DNA of 64,000 nucleotides from Nostoc sp. DedSLP01 (GCA_034530875.2 JAVRCJ020000008.1:189296-253295), one strand, 5' to 3'. Positions 50,901 through 61,249 are shown, numbered from the stretch's first letter. The notes: a model not told the origin generated them from the letters alone. A program made the numbers and translations.

Positions 50901-51262
50901 ACGCAGGGATTTTGATGGTAGAACTAGCAAACCAAATTCGGGAAGAAATTGGTTGTAGTCGCCAAATTGCCATTATTAAAGCTGCCCCCCAACGCTTGCG
51001 CCCAATTATGATGACTACAGTCACTACCATTATGGGACTGTTTCCCTTAGCATTAGGTATTGGCGAGGGTTCTGAGTTTTTGCAACCTTTAGGGATTGTA
51101 GTTTTCTTTGGGATGGCGATCGCAACAATGCTGACGTTGTTTATCATCCCTTGTTTTTATGTCCTACTTCACGATTTACTAGGTGGAAATTGGACAAAGC
51201 CACTGTTAATCCTGTTGCGTGGATTTAAGAAAAAACTTATTTCCATCACTGATAAACATTAA
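47963..51262 (+). CDS. RND efflux permease (AcrB family)
   Basis: VDLLPSITYP, GIVVNAGILMVE, RLRPIMMTT. Confidence 0.95.
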   Translation: MQQANNHGNGGGFSISAIAIRKHIGTLMLTVAVIVIGIFFLTTIQVDLLPSITYPRIGVRLEAPGISPEVAVDEITRPLEEALSATENVVQVFSRTREGQVNLDLYFQPGGDIDQALNDATAAFNRGRGQLPDTIEEPRLFKVDPSQLPIYELALTSESLQGKDLRVFADEDLTRELSVVPGVASIDVSGGAEEEVRVLVDLNRLQALGVGLNDVLNELTARNQDTSGGRILGQNTEPLTRTVGRFQNASEIENLSLEVSSSPSTTTTGTTTTAPTRRVYLRDFAEVIDDTEEQRVFVYLNRQPAVKVSIQKQPEANTITVVNAVKQRIEQLRQSGLIPADMTLSPTTDESVFIRNSLNDVIFSGISGALLAAAAVLLFLGSFRQTLIISLTIPLCTLAAIALMKIFGLTLNVFSLAGLTLGVGQAIDTSVVILENISEKAGMTPNQREREEQGEQGRQGRQGNSKFFIDTAINASQEVESALVAATGANLVSVVPFLLIGGFIALLFNELILTISFAVAASLVVAITVVPMLSSRLLGISWSSRISEFWLLRQFNHRFEDATRGYGNFLTKVLRYRLLVIIAVFLILGGSSFLMFGQIPQEILPRISTGQANLRAQFPPGTPLATSEKVMQIVDDILLKQPETESAFTTVGGNLFGSNTTENPLRASSTINLKPGTDVEAFVKKVTQEFNKLNLAGILLRLNPGQVRGLILSNSPVQGSEIDVILQGENEENLTQAGAQVLEALQERAKLATFRPDADPRQPEIQIRPDWERVSALGLSAQEIGATVQTAIEGSVPTQIQRGNRLVDVRVQLNKQAIQRPSQLEQLPLFTENNQLVRLSDVANIQEGQAPGEVQRINQRQAFIVAGNLSEGASLGEAIAEANEILKDVDLPDGVSIVPSSAQETNQQLQDALKTLGALATFLIFVVMAVQYNSLIDPLVIMFTVPLALAGGIFGLYITQTAIGATVIVGVVLLVGIVVNAGILMVELANQIREEIGCSRQIAIIKAAPQRLRPIMMTTVTTIMGLFPLALGIGEGSEFLQPLGIVVFFGMAIATMLTLFIIPCFYVLLHDLLGGNWTKPLLILLRGFKKKLISITDKH

Positions 51263-51373
51263 GCGTTGCTGAATTGCAGCATGAATACGCATGTAGAGAC
51301 GTTGCCTTGCAACGTCTCTACAATAATTTTGATATCATGCACAATCGTTTTCAGACATGAAATCAGCAATGCC
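51262..51373. mobile_element. MITE-like element with internal palindrome between convergent genes
   Basis: Ends gcgttgctgaatt / aaatcagcaatgc; internal TGTAGAGACGTTGC-ctt-GCAACGTCTCTACA. Confidence 0.65.
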
Positions 51374-51378
51374 AAATT

Positions 51379-52779
51379 TTACATATCTTCTAACTCCATT
51401 CCTTTAGTTTCTTTAATGAAGAACAGAACGAAGAACAGAGAAATAGCTGCCGCAGTTGTATACAAACCGTAAGCAGTACCTAACCCGAAATTTTTCAGGA
51501 TGGGAGGAAATGTTGTGGAAACAGCAAAATTCGCAATCCATTGCATTGCCGCAGCTACCGAAAGTGCAGCACCTCGGATTTTGTTATTAAACATTTCTCC
51601 TAACAGCACCCAAGTAACTGGCCCCCAGGAGAAACCGAAGCAAAATACATAGAGGTTAGCTGCAAAAAGAGCAATCAGACCTGCCGAACCAGTGAGAGTA
51701 GGGTTACCAGCAGCATCTAATTGCGCGGTTTTGAAAGCAACAGCCATTGTTCCCAAAGTCGCAATCATGCCAATAGAGCCTAAAATCAGCAAAGGCTTGC
51801 GGCCGAATTTGTCTACAAAGGCGATCGCAATTAGGGTAGTAATAATATTTACTGCCCCTGTAATCACTGTAATTGTTAGGGAATCTTTTTCAGAAAAACC
51901 AACTGCCCGCCACAAAACGCTGCTGTAATAAAAGATGACATTAATCCCCACCAATTGCTGGAATACTGATAAACCGATTCCTATCCAAACAATTGGTAAA
52001 AGTCCACCACTTCTGGCTAAAAGATCGGAAAACTTAGGCTGGCGTTCTCGTAAAACTGTTTGCCGAATTTCATCAATTTTCGCCGAGACGTTACCTCCTA
52101 AAATCTTAGTCAGAACGTTAGTGGCTTCTGATTCTCGTCCTTGAGCAACCAAATACCGTGGAGATTCGGGAATCATTAAAGCTGCCATTCCGTAGAGTAC
52201 AGCAGGAGGAATTTCCGTCCAAAACATCCAGCGCCAAGCTGCTATACCAAACAAAAACGGCTTCTCAGCTGAACCAGCTGATACAGCAATAAAGTAGTCG
52301 CATAGCAGTGCAATGAAAATACCAACCACAATTGCTAGTTGCTGGAGAGATCCCAACCTACCGCGCAAATTTGCGGGAGAACATTCTGCAATATAAGCTG
52401 GGGCGATTACGCTTGCAGCACCGACTGCAAGCCCACCCAAGAATCGCCAAAAAGTAAAATCCCAAATACCTACAGGAAGTCCAGAGCCAATGGCACTAAT
52501 AGTAAATAACACCGAAGCTACTATCATTGCCTTAACTCGACCATAACGGTCTGCAATCTTTCCGGCATAAAAGGCTCCTACCGCAGATCCTAATAATGCT
52601 AGGGATACAGCCAGACCAGTCTCTACACTGCTAGCATTAAAAGCTTTAGAAATAGCTGCAACCGCACCATTAATTACTGCGGTATCAAAACCAAACAAAA
52701 AACCGCCAAGCGCCGCAGCAGCAGCAATAAGAATTACATAAAACGTGTTGGATTTTCGACGATTAGTAGTAGTGGTCAT
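51379..52779 (-). CDS. glcP: MFS sugar porter, glucose permease
   Basis: GGFLFGFDTAVINGA, DRYGR, PESPRYL, FQQLVGINVIFYY, ETKG. Confidence 0.88.
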   Translation of the reverse strand: MTTTTNRRKSNTFYVILIAAAAALGGFLFGFDTAVINGAVAAISKAFNASSVETGLAVSLALLGSAVGAFYAGKIADRYGRVKAMIVASVLFTISAIGSGLPVGIWDFTFWRFLGGLAVGAASVIAPAYIAECSPANLRGRLGSLQQLAIVVGIFIALLCDYFIAVSAGSAEKPFLFGIAAWRWMFWTEIPPAVLYGMAALMIPESPRYLVAQGRESEATNVLTKILGGNVSAKIDEIRQTVLRERQPKFSDLLARSGGLLPIVWIGIGLSVFQQLVGINVIFYYSSVLWRAVGFSEKDSLTITVITGAVNIITTLIAIAFVDKFGRKPLLILGSIGMIATLGTMAVAFKTAQLDAAGNPTLTGSAGLIALFAANLYVFCFGFSWGPVTWVLLGEMFNNKIRGAALSVAAAMQWIANFAVSTTFPPILKNFGLGTAYGLYTTAAAISLFFVLFFIKETKGMELEDM

Positions 52780-54013
52780 GGTTATATTTCTTAGGTAGCT
52801 AAAAAGGTATGAAAAATTTTGTTTCGCTCAATCAAAATATGGTTCTCTAACGCTAAGAATGACACTTATTTACGGATTTGCTGCTATTGAATAGACATTA
52901 CTTTCGTTGAATTTTAAAACTTTAAATAAGTGTCGAAAGTTTGAAATAATCAGCCTTAAAATTTACCTATTTTTTTTGAAATATACAAAAAGATTTTTAT
53001 TTTTGTAATTTAATTTTGACAATTCCCTATCTTCTTATATTTCAAATAGCCATTTGTAGTTGAGCCAAATGTATAAATAGCTTAAAGCTTTAATTTTCAA
53101 AAAGACAATTGTATTTATTTTTAAATCTCCGTATGAGATTTATGGCCATTACAATTAGTTCAAAAACAATTATTTATTGTTGTGCTTATCTGACTCAACA
53201 AATAATTGCCATACTAGATAAAACAATCGCAAATCTATGCAATTATTTATTAATTGCAAGAATTAAAACAGCTTTTTAATAAATCCTTGAAAAACTAAAT
53301 ATTATTAAAACTGTAAACAAATTTTTATTTGAGTTTACATTATTTTTTAGTGTAACTTGTAGCATTGTCGATGCGATCGCTGTTTATTTAAATTTACAAA
53401 ATACAGCAAAATATTGCATCTTTAGATATATCTAAAAATATATCTAAAGCAGTTTGAAAGTTAACAAAATACAAAATAATCCACTAATCAAAATCAGAGA
53501 TATATAATTTTTTCTGTCCTTGCCGCCTCAAAAATTGTAACTTTATATTTTTTGCAAACAAAAATACCGTAGTTCAAAATGCGATCGCTATAATGATTTA
53601 CAAAAAATTAACCGTACAAAGATTAATTCTGAGTATCAAATTAGTCTTTGTACTGAGCTTTGGATGACGATGAATGATGGTTTTAAAATAAAGACTAGAT
53701 CGCCAGATTTTACTAAGTATTATTGCTTATTGACAAAAATATTATATTTTGTTGTCTCTGTTATATACAGTCAACCTACAAGCCTCACTTAGATTTTTCA
53801 TAAAGATTACATAAAATTACTAGTATTTTTGCTAAAGCAATATAGGAATTGTTTTATAAATCAAGCTATGGGCGATATCAAATTAAGTAAACACAGATTA
53901 GCTGTTATTTAAGTAGCAAATAGATAGTAGTGAAATCGTGAATATTAAATTGTTTGATTTAGCTCACGCAGTATACGTAGCATTCACTCAACCAATATTA
54001 AAGAGGACGGTCA

Positions 54014-54676
54014 ATGACTAAAGTAGCAGCCAAGATGGCCTTGTCTGTTCTAGGATCTTTGGCAATTAGTTTTTTGTCTTTGACGCCAGCCAAAGGCGTC
54101 ATTTTGGTAGAACCTATCGTCACGGGTGTAAATGAAGATATCTTGCAAACAAGAACTCCAAGAACTCTGGGAACAGATATTTTACCAGGACAAATAATAG
54201 AATATGGTGTTCCAGACCGAGCAAATAACTTGCTAAATGGTACTGGAAATGATATCGGCAGCTTGGTCTTTGATTTAAAAACGCTGTCCTATACTAATCA
54301 GGATTCTACTCCAGCATTTAATAACGAGCAGGTGGCGTGGGGAGACGTTGATGGAGATGGGAAAATTGGTTTCTCTAGCGTTCCTGAACTCAAGGATATT
54401 TTTGCAAACGTTACTGTCAAAGACAACCTTCTTACTTACAGCGGTGGCGTAATTTCCAACGGCAGCATATTTTTCAATCGATTTGCTACCAAGCCCGATT
54501 TAACCCCAGGTGGCGGTATCATTCCACCAATCCCAGAAAACCAAGAGGATAAAGATGGCCCTATCCAAGTAGCTGCTTATTATACTGCCGTTCCCGAACC
54601 AACAAGTGTTTTGAGTATAATAGCTTTTGGCGCTTTAGGTGTAGCTTTAAAACTAAAGCGATCGCTACATTGTTAA
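54014..54676 (+). CDS. PEP-CTERM exported protein
   Basis: Signal peptide; C-terminal VPEPT plus TM helix plus basic tail. Confidence 0.88.
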   Translation: MTKVAAKMALSVLGSLAISFLSLTPAKGVILVEPIVTGVNEDILQTRTPRTLGTDILPGQIIEYGVPDRANNLLNGTGNDIGSLVFDLKTLSYTNQDSTPAFNNEQVAWGDVDGDGKIGFSSVPELKDIFANVTVKDNLLTYSGGVISNGSIFFNRFATKPDLTPGGGIIPPIPENQEDKDGPIQVAAYYTAVPEPTSVLSIIAFGALGVALKLKRSLHC

Positions 54677-55725
54677 TCCTTTAACTCACGATATATAGCT
54701 AATGTTTCCTGATGGACGCGGGCAACACTAAGCCGTTCTAGGTTTTGATTTGCCCGATTTTTCCATTCTTGCAGCATCTCAACATCACTCAGTAATTGCG
54801 CTAAAACGCCAGCTAAAGCACGACTATCTTTTGCTGGTACTAAAAGACCTGCTTGCCCATTATCCAAAGCTTCGGGAATTCCATCTACTTGAGTACCGAC
54901 AATGGCAATTCCAGATTCTCTAGCTTCCGAAAGTACCAAAGGGCAAGGGTCGCGGTGAGAAGCCAGCACAAATATATCACAAGATTTGAGGTAGCGTTGG
55001 GGTTCTGATTGGAAGCCTTCAAAATGAATGCGTTCTGCGACAGAAGTTGCTTTTGCCTGTGTTTCAAATAGCTGTTTATCAGGGCCATTGCCTACGAAAT
55101 AAAGATGCGCTTCGGGAAAATCTGAGGCAATTTCCTCAAAAGCAGCGATTAATTCAGTAATTCCCTTGCGTTGATACATCCCGGCTACAGTGGCGATCGC
55201 CGGACGCTGTAACGGTAAAGTTTGATAATCTCCTATTTGTCGGGTGCGGGGACTGCCTAGCGTTCCATTGCAGACTACGCGTAACTTATTTTCTGGGATA
55301 CCGCGTCGTGCCATAGAATCTCGCACAGCCTGACTGACAGCAATTACCCTGTCGGCCAAACCCATCAGTAAACTAGCACGCTGAAATTCATTGTGTACCG
55401 TGGAAACCAAAGCATAACGATTTTGAAAAATGCGTGCTAATATCACTCCCGTCATCATGTGTGCGTGAACGATATCGGGTTGAAATTTTGCTGCGATCGC
55501 TCTGTAACCAATAGCTGCTTTAATCATACTTATCGGTTTGCGAGTTTGGTCTAGCTCGTAATGTTTCACACCAAACTTTTTTAGTAATATCTCGTATTCA
55601 CCACCACCAGAAATAACTGCTACCTCATGACCAGATTTTGCCTGTAAGCAAGCCAAATCCACAGCCACATTTACAATACCATTACCTATCTCTTGAACGT
55701 GGTTCAAAATATGTATAATTCGCAT
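54673..55725 (-). CDS. glycosyltransferase family 4
   Basis: PDIVHAH, RKG, DIFVLAS...VLSEA...GIPE. Confidence 0.92.
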   Translation of the reverse strand: MRIIHILNHVQEIGNGIVNVAVDLACLQAKSGHEVAVISGGGEYEILLKKFGVKHYELDQTRKPISMIKAAIGYRAIAAKFQPDIVHAHMMTGVILARIFQNRYALVSTVHNEFQRASLLMGLADRVIAVSQAVRDSMARRGIPENKLRVVCNGTLGSPRTRQIGDYQTLPLQRPAIATVAGMYQRKGITELIAAFEEIASDFPEAHLYFVGNGPDKQLFETQAKATSVAERIHFEGFQSEPQRYLKSCDIFVLASHRDPCPLVLSEARESGIAIVGTQVDGIPEALDNGQAGLLVPAKDSRALAGVLAQLLSDVEMLQEWKNRANQNLERLSVARVHQETLAIYRELKD

Positions 55726-56140
55726 AGTTCGGAGATATGTATAAAAAATAAAGACAACTAACTGAGTATAAATAAACATAATTATTGAGTTTTTAATGGC
55801 AACTCAAAATTAGCCAGTAGCGTGTAAAAATCACAAATTACTACTGACTAATAGCTTATTTATCCAAGCTACTTAGCTTTAAAGACTTATTCAGTAACGG
55901 CTTAATAAATCGGGATAAAAGAAGATAAGGATTAAGTAAACTCTGGGTAATACCCTTTCCAAAAATTATCACGCTGTGCCAGTTGCGTAAGTTCTGGTCA
56001 AGTAAGACGTTGTTCTGGTTTTCTTGGAACTAAGGGTCTAACTTGGCGATCGCTTGTTGGTAAGATATGGGAGAACCAATAGTTCGCATTTGGCATTTTA
56101 TAATGAAATATGAAAAATAAATTTTAATGAGGTCAAAAAT

Positions 56141-56458
56141 ATGACACATTCTTCACCAGAAAGAATAGTGAGACGTGGGAGAGTATTTCCGGAAATTCAA
56201 TGGACAGAAGCACAAAAAGCTCAAGACAGAGCCAGAAGACAGGCATTTTATGAACGTTGTTGGGTGATTTTTGAGCGTTTAAAACCAGAAATCCTAGAAA
56301 AATACTATGGTTGGTATATTGCCATTGAACCTGATAGTGAGGATTATTTTATCAACCGGGATAAAGAAGTAGCAAGTAAAATGGCCAGAGAAAAATATCC
56401 TAATCTGATTCATCATATTTTTGGCATTAATGAAACCGGAGTTAGTGGCAGAATATGA
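56141..56458 (+). CDS. small hypothetical partner of the aspartic protease
   Basis: YYGWYIAIEPDSEDYFI...INETGVSGRI; ATGA overlap with the next gene. Confidence 0.75.
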   Translation: MTHSSPERIVRRGRVFPEIQWTEAQKAQDRARRQAFYERCWVIFERLKPEILEKYYGWYIAIEPDSEDYFINRDKEVASKMAREKYPNLIHHIFGINETGVSGRI

Positions 56459-56907
56459 TTGAGGGGAGATTTGGAGAAAATGGACAAATTTATTTTGAAA
56501 TTGATTTAATTGGTAAGGATGGCATTAGTTTTCCTGTAGAAACAATGTTAGATACAGGATTTACTAAATTGTTAGCCATGAACAAACAAGATGTACAAAG
56601 TCTTGATTGGGATTTTTTAAATCAAGATAAATTAAGAACTGCTCAAGGAGAAACTGAATTTGATGTTTATATTGGTAGGGTAATCATAGATAGTCAAGAA
56701 TGGGAAATTCCTGTATTTGCTGGAGATGAAATACAGGAAATTTTACTAGGTTCTCGATGGGTGAAATTATTTATCTTAGTTGCTAATTATAGTCAAAATA
56801 TAGCCAGTTTAGAGCTAATTAGATCGAGAGTTTCTATATGGCGATCGCCCTGTGCCAGTTGCGTAAGTCCTGTAAGTCTTTCGTCAAATATAGAACTTAC
56901 GCATTGA
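56455..56907 (+). CDS. clan AA (retropepsin-like) aspartic protease
   Basis: LDTGF catalytic motif and ILLG; the tail runs into repeat DNA. Confidence 0.78.
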   Translation: MIEGRFGENGQIYFEIDLIGKDGISFPVETMLDTGFTKLLAMNKQDVQSLDWDFLNQDKLRTAQGETEFDVYIGRVIIDSQEWEIPVFAGDEIQEILLGSRWVKLFILVANYSQNIASLELIRSRVSIWRSPCASCVSPVSLSSNIELTH

Positions 56908-56947
56908 CAGAAAATTGTTTGGCTTTTGACTCCTGAATTCTCTTCTA

Positions 56948-57892
56948 TTACGATTCAATCAACACAAATTTACGAACTTGAGAATTGTTTCCCTGAGTGC
57001 GACGTGATAAAGTAGCACCGATCAAAAACTTCCAAGACTGAAAAGAAAGCGCAGACGGTTCAATCATTGAAAGAAAACTTTTAATATTTTTTTGCTTGAG
57101 TGCCACTATACTCCAATGTAATTTTAGGTAATTTTTTATATCCTGAAAGCGGGGAATTTTAACGCGGTGTTCTTCATTTACTAAAGCGTAAATTTTCTCT
57201 TTCATTAAGATATTTGTCGCCAACCGCCGAGGTAAAGAAAACTTTTGATTATAAGCACCAGGCCAAATAGTCCGGTAAGCAAGACACTGATTTAAGAAAA
57301 TAGCATCGCCAAATTGAGCAATCTTAATCCAGGAATCGATATCATCACAGTTAGCATCGAGTGTGGAGTCCCAACCACCACTTTTGAGGAAAGCATCGCG
57401 CTGACAAGCTACTTGTGCTGGCGTGCCAAAGGGTACAAGCTCTAAGAGCATACCGTAATGAATATCAGCTTGGGGAATATAAAAAGCTAAACCGGGGCCA
57501 ATTTGGGAAGTGCGAGAAAGCTCAACTTCATTGGCATCTACCTGAGCCGCCACACAAGAGCAGATTACCGCATCGGGACGAAGAGCGATCGCCTTACTTA
57601 TTTCTTCTACACAATTAGTAGCTAAATAGTCATCATCATCGAGAAACTTAATCCAGTCGCCACTGGCTTTGGCAACTCCAGCATTTACCGTCGCCGCATG
57701 ACCTTGATTAACTTCATTACGATGATAAACAACCTTATCGCCTAAGCTTTTAACATAGTTTTCGGTGTCATCAGAAGAACAGTCATCAGCAACAACTACC
57801 TCGCACTCAATACTTTGATTGCAAGCCGAATCAATTGCTCTTTTGAGCAAATCCAAGCGATTATAAGTACTAATAACGATGCTAAATTTCAT
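56948..57892 (-). CDS. glycosyltransferase family 2
   Basis: SIVISTYNR, VADDCSSD, FLDDDD. Confidence 0.93.
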   Translation of the reverse strand: MKFSIVISTYNRLDLLKRAIDSACNQSIECEVVVADDCSSDDTENYVKSLGDKVVYHRNEVNQGHAATVNAGVAKASGDWIKFLDDDDYLATNCVEEISKAIALRPDAVICSCVAAQVDANEVELSRTSQIGPGLAFYIPQADIHYGMLLELVPFGTPAQVACQRDAFLKSGGWDSTLDANCDDIDSWIKIAQFGDAIFLNQCLAYRTIWPGAYNQKFSLPRRLATNILMKEKIYALVNEEHRVKIPRFQDIKNYLKLHWSIVALKQKNIKSFLSMIEPSALSFQSWKFLIGATLSRRTQGNNSQVRKFVLIES

Positions 57893-58044
57893 AAATTCAT
57901 ACCTGTGATACAGCATTTTGCAATATAGCTTCCATTTATAGGCTGTTGTATCAGTGAAATTATCAATCTCCAACAGGTAGACTGAAATAGGATTATCGAT
58001 TTATAATTGACGATTGTGAGTTTTTTTAAGCAGACAGAAAGACT

Positions 58045-58407
58045 ATGAATGCTCAAGAGATTATCCGTTCCATTGAAGCGGAACACCTAAAATCAAATTT
58101 GCCCGAGATATATGTGGGCGACACCGTAAAAGTAGGAGTGAAAATTAAAGAAGGCGATAAATACCGCGTTCAGCCCTACGAAGGAGTTGTGATTGCCAAG
58201 CGCAATGGTGGCATCAACGAAACTATTACAGTCCGTAAAGTTTTTCAAGGCGTAGGCGTTGAGAGGGTATTTCTGATACATTCTCCCCGGATTGACAGCA
58301 TCAAAGTCATGCGTCGCGGTAAAGTACGCCGTGCCAAGTTGTATTATCTGCGCGATCGCGTCGGCAAAGCAACCCGGATCAAGCAACGCTTCGACCGTCC
58401 TTTGTAA
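58045..58407 (+). CDS. rplS: 50S ribosomal protein L19
   Basis: [20 protein letters not shown]. Confidence 0.99.
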   Translation: MNAQEIIRSIEAEHLKSNLPEIYVGDTVKVGVKIKEGDKYRVQPYEGVVIAKRNGGINETITVRKVFQGVGVERVFLIHSPRIDSIKVMRRGKVRRAKLYYLRDRVGKATRIKQRFDRPL

Positions 58408-58561
58408 TTTCCCTTTTATTAAAGTATGGGAGAAATCTCAAGCCTCAAGCGGCATTTGCCGCTGACTTGCTTTCTCATTGAAATTATGCTAGGATTAAAA
58501 TCTAGTGTTGTGTTAAAATAAAATTTAGTCCAACGCGATCGCTGAATCCAAAACAGCTTGT

Positions 58562-58634
58562 GCGCTCTTAGTTCAGTTGGTAGAACGCAGGTCTCCAAAA
58601 CCTGATGTCGGGGGTTCAAGTCCTCCAGGGCGCG
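58562..58634 (+). tRNA. trnW: tRNA-Trp(CCA)
   Basis: Acceptor stem GCGCTCT/AGGGCGC; anticodon arm CAGGT-CTCCAAA-ACCTG; GGTTCAAGTCC T-arm. Confidence 0.97.
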
Positions 58635-58875
58635 CTCAAGAGCAAAAAACAAAGCCCGAAATAATTACGCAGTTGCTACAATAGCAGCTAGTGTTAATAA
58701 TTTCGGGTAAAATTATTGTATTTGCAGTTGTTTTACTTTCAGTAAGTGGGATAGAGTCGAAGCTGCAAACCAGGACGACTGAATTTTAGATTTTGGCTTG
58801 ACAAGAAATCTAAATGTCTAAATCAACGGACAACTCAAAATCTCCAGTTGAGCGTCCTTGCCCGAAATTTGGGTA

Positions 58876-58936
58876 AATCCAAAATCCAAGTTGCGCTTAC
58901 AGCGCACCAAAGGTGCGACCCAAAATCCAAAATTGA
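58876..58936. repeat. STRR (AAATCCA) carrying a GC-rich small insert; second copy at 61187..61248
   Basis: aaatccaaaatccaagttgcgctt(ac/tt)agcgcaccaaaggtgcgac(c/t)caaaatccaaaattga. Confidence 0.85.
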
Positions 58937-58960
58937 TTGACAAACGCGGGAGAAACGGCT

Positions 58961-59182
58961 GTGACCAAAAAAAATGAAGCAGAATTGCCAGAAACAACAA
59001 ACGGGTTTAGCTTTGGCAACTTCATACAAGGAATCAAAGAAGAACTTGAAAAAGTAGTTTGGCCTAGTCGCAAACAGATAGTCAGCGAATCAGCTGCTGT
59101 ATTGTTAATGGTCGCACTTTCGGCATCTTTGATATACTTGGTCGATGGATTCTTTGGTTGGGCAGCAAAACAGGTGTTCTAA
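58961..59182 (+). CDS. secE: preprotein translocase SecE
   Basis: EELEKVVWPSRKQ plus TM helix. Confidence 0.95.
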   Translation: MTKKNEAELPETTNGFSFGNFIQGIKEELEKVVWPSRKQIVSESAAVLLMVALSASLIYLVDGFFGWAAKQVF

Positions 59183-59814
59183 TGAGTTTTGCAACAGACG
59201 AACCACGCGACTCAGTGTTGCAGTCAGAGGAAACAGCAGAAACACTGTCAAAAGAAGCACGCTGGTATGCAGTGCAAGTTGCCTCAGGCTGTGAGAAGCG
59301 TGTAAAGACAAATTTAGAGCAGCGCATTCAAACTTTTGATGTCGCTGATAAAATTATCCAGGTGGAAATTCCCCACACACCAGCGGTCAAAATTCGCAAA
59401 GATGGTAGTCGCCAGCATACAGAAGAGAAAGTTTTTCCAGGCTATGTGCTGGTGCGGATGAAGATGGATGATGATACTTGGCAGGTGGTACGAAACACAT
59501 CTCACGTGATTAATTTTGTTGGTTCAGAACAAAAACGTGGCAGTAGTAAAGGCCGCGGACACGTCAACCCCATACCACTGAGTCCTTCAGAAGTAGAACG
59601 CATCTTCAAACAGACGAGCGAACAAGAGCCAGTCGTTAAAATTGACATGGCTACTGGTGATAAGATAATCGTGCTTTCTGGCCCATTTAAGGACTTTGAA
59701 GGCGAGGTGATTGAAGTCTCCCCAGAGCGAAGTAAGCTTAAAGCGTTGCTGTCGATATTTGGTAGAGATACACCAGTAGAATTGGAATTTAATCAGGTAG
59801 AGAAACAGAGCTAA
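59182..59814 (+). CDS. nusG: transcription factor NusG
   Basis: WYAVQVASGCE, FPGYVLV, GPFKDFEG, IFGRDTPVEL. Confidence 0.98.
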   Translation: MSFATDEPRDSVLQSEETAETLSKEARWYAVQVASGCEKRVKTNLEQRIQTFDVADKIIQVEIPHTPAVKIRKDGSRQHTEEKVFPGYVLVRMKMDDDTWQVVRNTSHVINFVGSEQKRGSSKGRGHVNPIPLSPSEVERIFKQTSEQEPVVKIDMATGDKIIVLSGPFKDFEGEVIEVSPERSKLKALLSIFGRDTPVELEFNQVEKQS

Positions 59815-59820
59815 ATACAA

Positions 59821-60246
59821 ATGGCGAAGAAAGTAGTGGCGGTCATTAAACTGGCCTTAAATGCTGGAAAAGCCAACCCAGCACCGCCAGTAGGCCCGGC
59901 CTTGGGTCAACATGGCGTCAACATCATGATGTTCTGCAAAGAGTACAACGCCAAAACAGCAGACCAAGCTGGAATGGTGATACCCGTAGAAATTTCGGTT
60001 TTTGAAGACCGGAGTTTTACATTTGTACTCAAGACGCCACCAGCGTCAGTACTGATTCGCAAGGCAGCGAAAATCGAAAGAGGCTCTAACGAACCCAACA
60101 AAAAGAAAGTTGGTAAAATCACCAGAGCGCAATTACAAGAAATAGCCCAAACTAAACTTCCCGACCTCAACGCCAACGATATTGACGCGGCGATGAAGAT
60201 TGTGGAAGGAACCGCTAAAAATATGGGCGTAACGGTAACGGATTAG
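59821..60246 (+). CDS. rplK: 50S ribosomal protein L11
   Basis: [18 protein letters not shown]. Confidence 0.99.
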   Translation: MAKKVVAVIKLALNAGKANPAPPVGPALGQHGVNIMMFCKEYNAKTADQAGMVIPVEISVFEDRSFTFVLKTPPASVLIRKAAKIERGSNEPNKKKVGKITRAQLQEIAQTKLPDLNANDIDAAMKIVEGTAKNMGVTVTD

Positions 60247-60337
60247 TCATTAGTCATTAGTCATTGGTCATTAGTGAATAAACAAAGACCAAAAACAAAA
60301 GACAAAATCTAAAATCCAAAATCTAAAATCCAAAATT

Positions 60338-60376
60338 GTATCGGGGGAGAGGCAAAGCTTCGGAATTACCCCAGGA
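60338..60376 (+). promoter_or_regulatory. candidate L1-binding autoregulatory site before rplA
   Basis: GGGGGAGAGGCAAAGCTTCGGAATTACCCC adjacent to the RBS. Confidence 0.5.
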
Positions 60377-60383
60377 GAGAAAA

Positions 60384-61100
60384 ATGACAAAAAAAGTATC
60401 GCGTCGTTTGCAGGCGCTACAAGCAAAAGTAGAAGATAGGGATTATCAACCCCTAGATGCTTTAGCACTGTTAAAAGAAACAGCAACAGCTAAATTTGCA
60501 GAAGCCGCTGAAGCGCATATCCGGCTAGGAATTGACCCCAAGTATACAGACCAACAGTTGCGGACAACGGTAGCACTGCCCAAAGGTACGGGACAAATTG
60601 TCCGAGTGGCAGTGATTGCTAGAGGTGAAAAAGTAACAGAAGCAACAAATGCTGGTGCCGATATCGCAGGTTCGGAAGAACTAATTGACGATATTCAAAA
60701 AGGCATGATGGACTTTGACAAGCTGATTGCCACACCCGATGTCATGCCACAGGTAGCGAAGTTAGGTAAATTGCTTGGTCCTCGTGGTTTGATGCCATCG
60801 CCTAAGGGTGGAACTGTGACGTTTGACATCGCAAGTGCGATCGCGGAATTCAAAGCTGGTAAATTAGAATTCCGGGCCGATCGAACTGGCATCGTCCATG
60901 TTATGTTTGGTAAGGCAACCTTCTCGCCTGAAGATTTGTTAGTCAACCTGAAGGCGTTGCAAGAGACAATTGACCGTAACCGTCCTTCAGGAGCTAAAGG
61001 TCGCTATTGGCGGACATTTTATGTATCTGCTACGATGGGGCCTGCAATTAAAGTTGATGTCAGCGCCCTACGAGATTTGAAACTAAGCGAAGCAGCGTAG
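60384..61100 (+). CDS. rplA: 50S ribosomal protein L1
   Basis: [15 protein letters not shown]. Confidence 0.99.
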   Translation: MTKKVSRRLQALQAKVEDRDYQPLDALALLKETATAKFAEAAEAHIRLGIDPKYTDQQLRTTVALPKGTGQIVRVAVIARGEKVTEATNAGADIAGSEELIDDIQKGMMDFDKLIATPDVMPQVAKLGKLLGPRGLMPSPKGGTVTFDIASAIAEFKAGKLEFRADRTGIVHVMFGKATFSPEDLLVNLKALQETIDRNRPSGAKGRYWRTFYVSATMGPAIKVDVSALRDLKLSEAA

Positions 61101-61249
61101 AATTTTAGATTTTAAATTTTAGATTTTAGATTTGGAGGCTCATCATAAGAGAGTGAAAATTTTATAGATTTTCAACTTCCGATCTGAAATCCAAAATCCA
61201 AGTTGCGCTTTTAGCGCACCAAAGGTGCGACTCAAAATCCAAAATTGAA

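Noticed and set aside
58562..58710. Island integrated at tRNA-Trp
   Set aside because: No integrase or duplicated tRNA 3' end; the rplS-trnW-secE order is intact.
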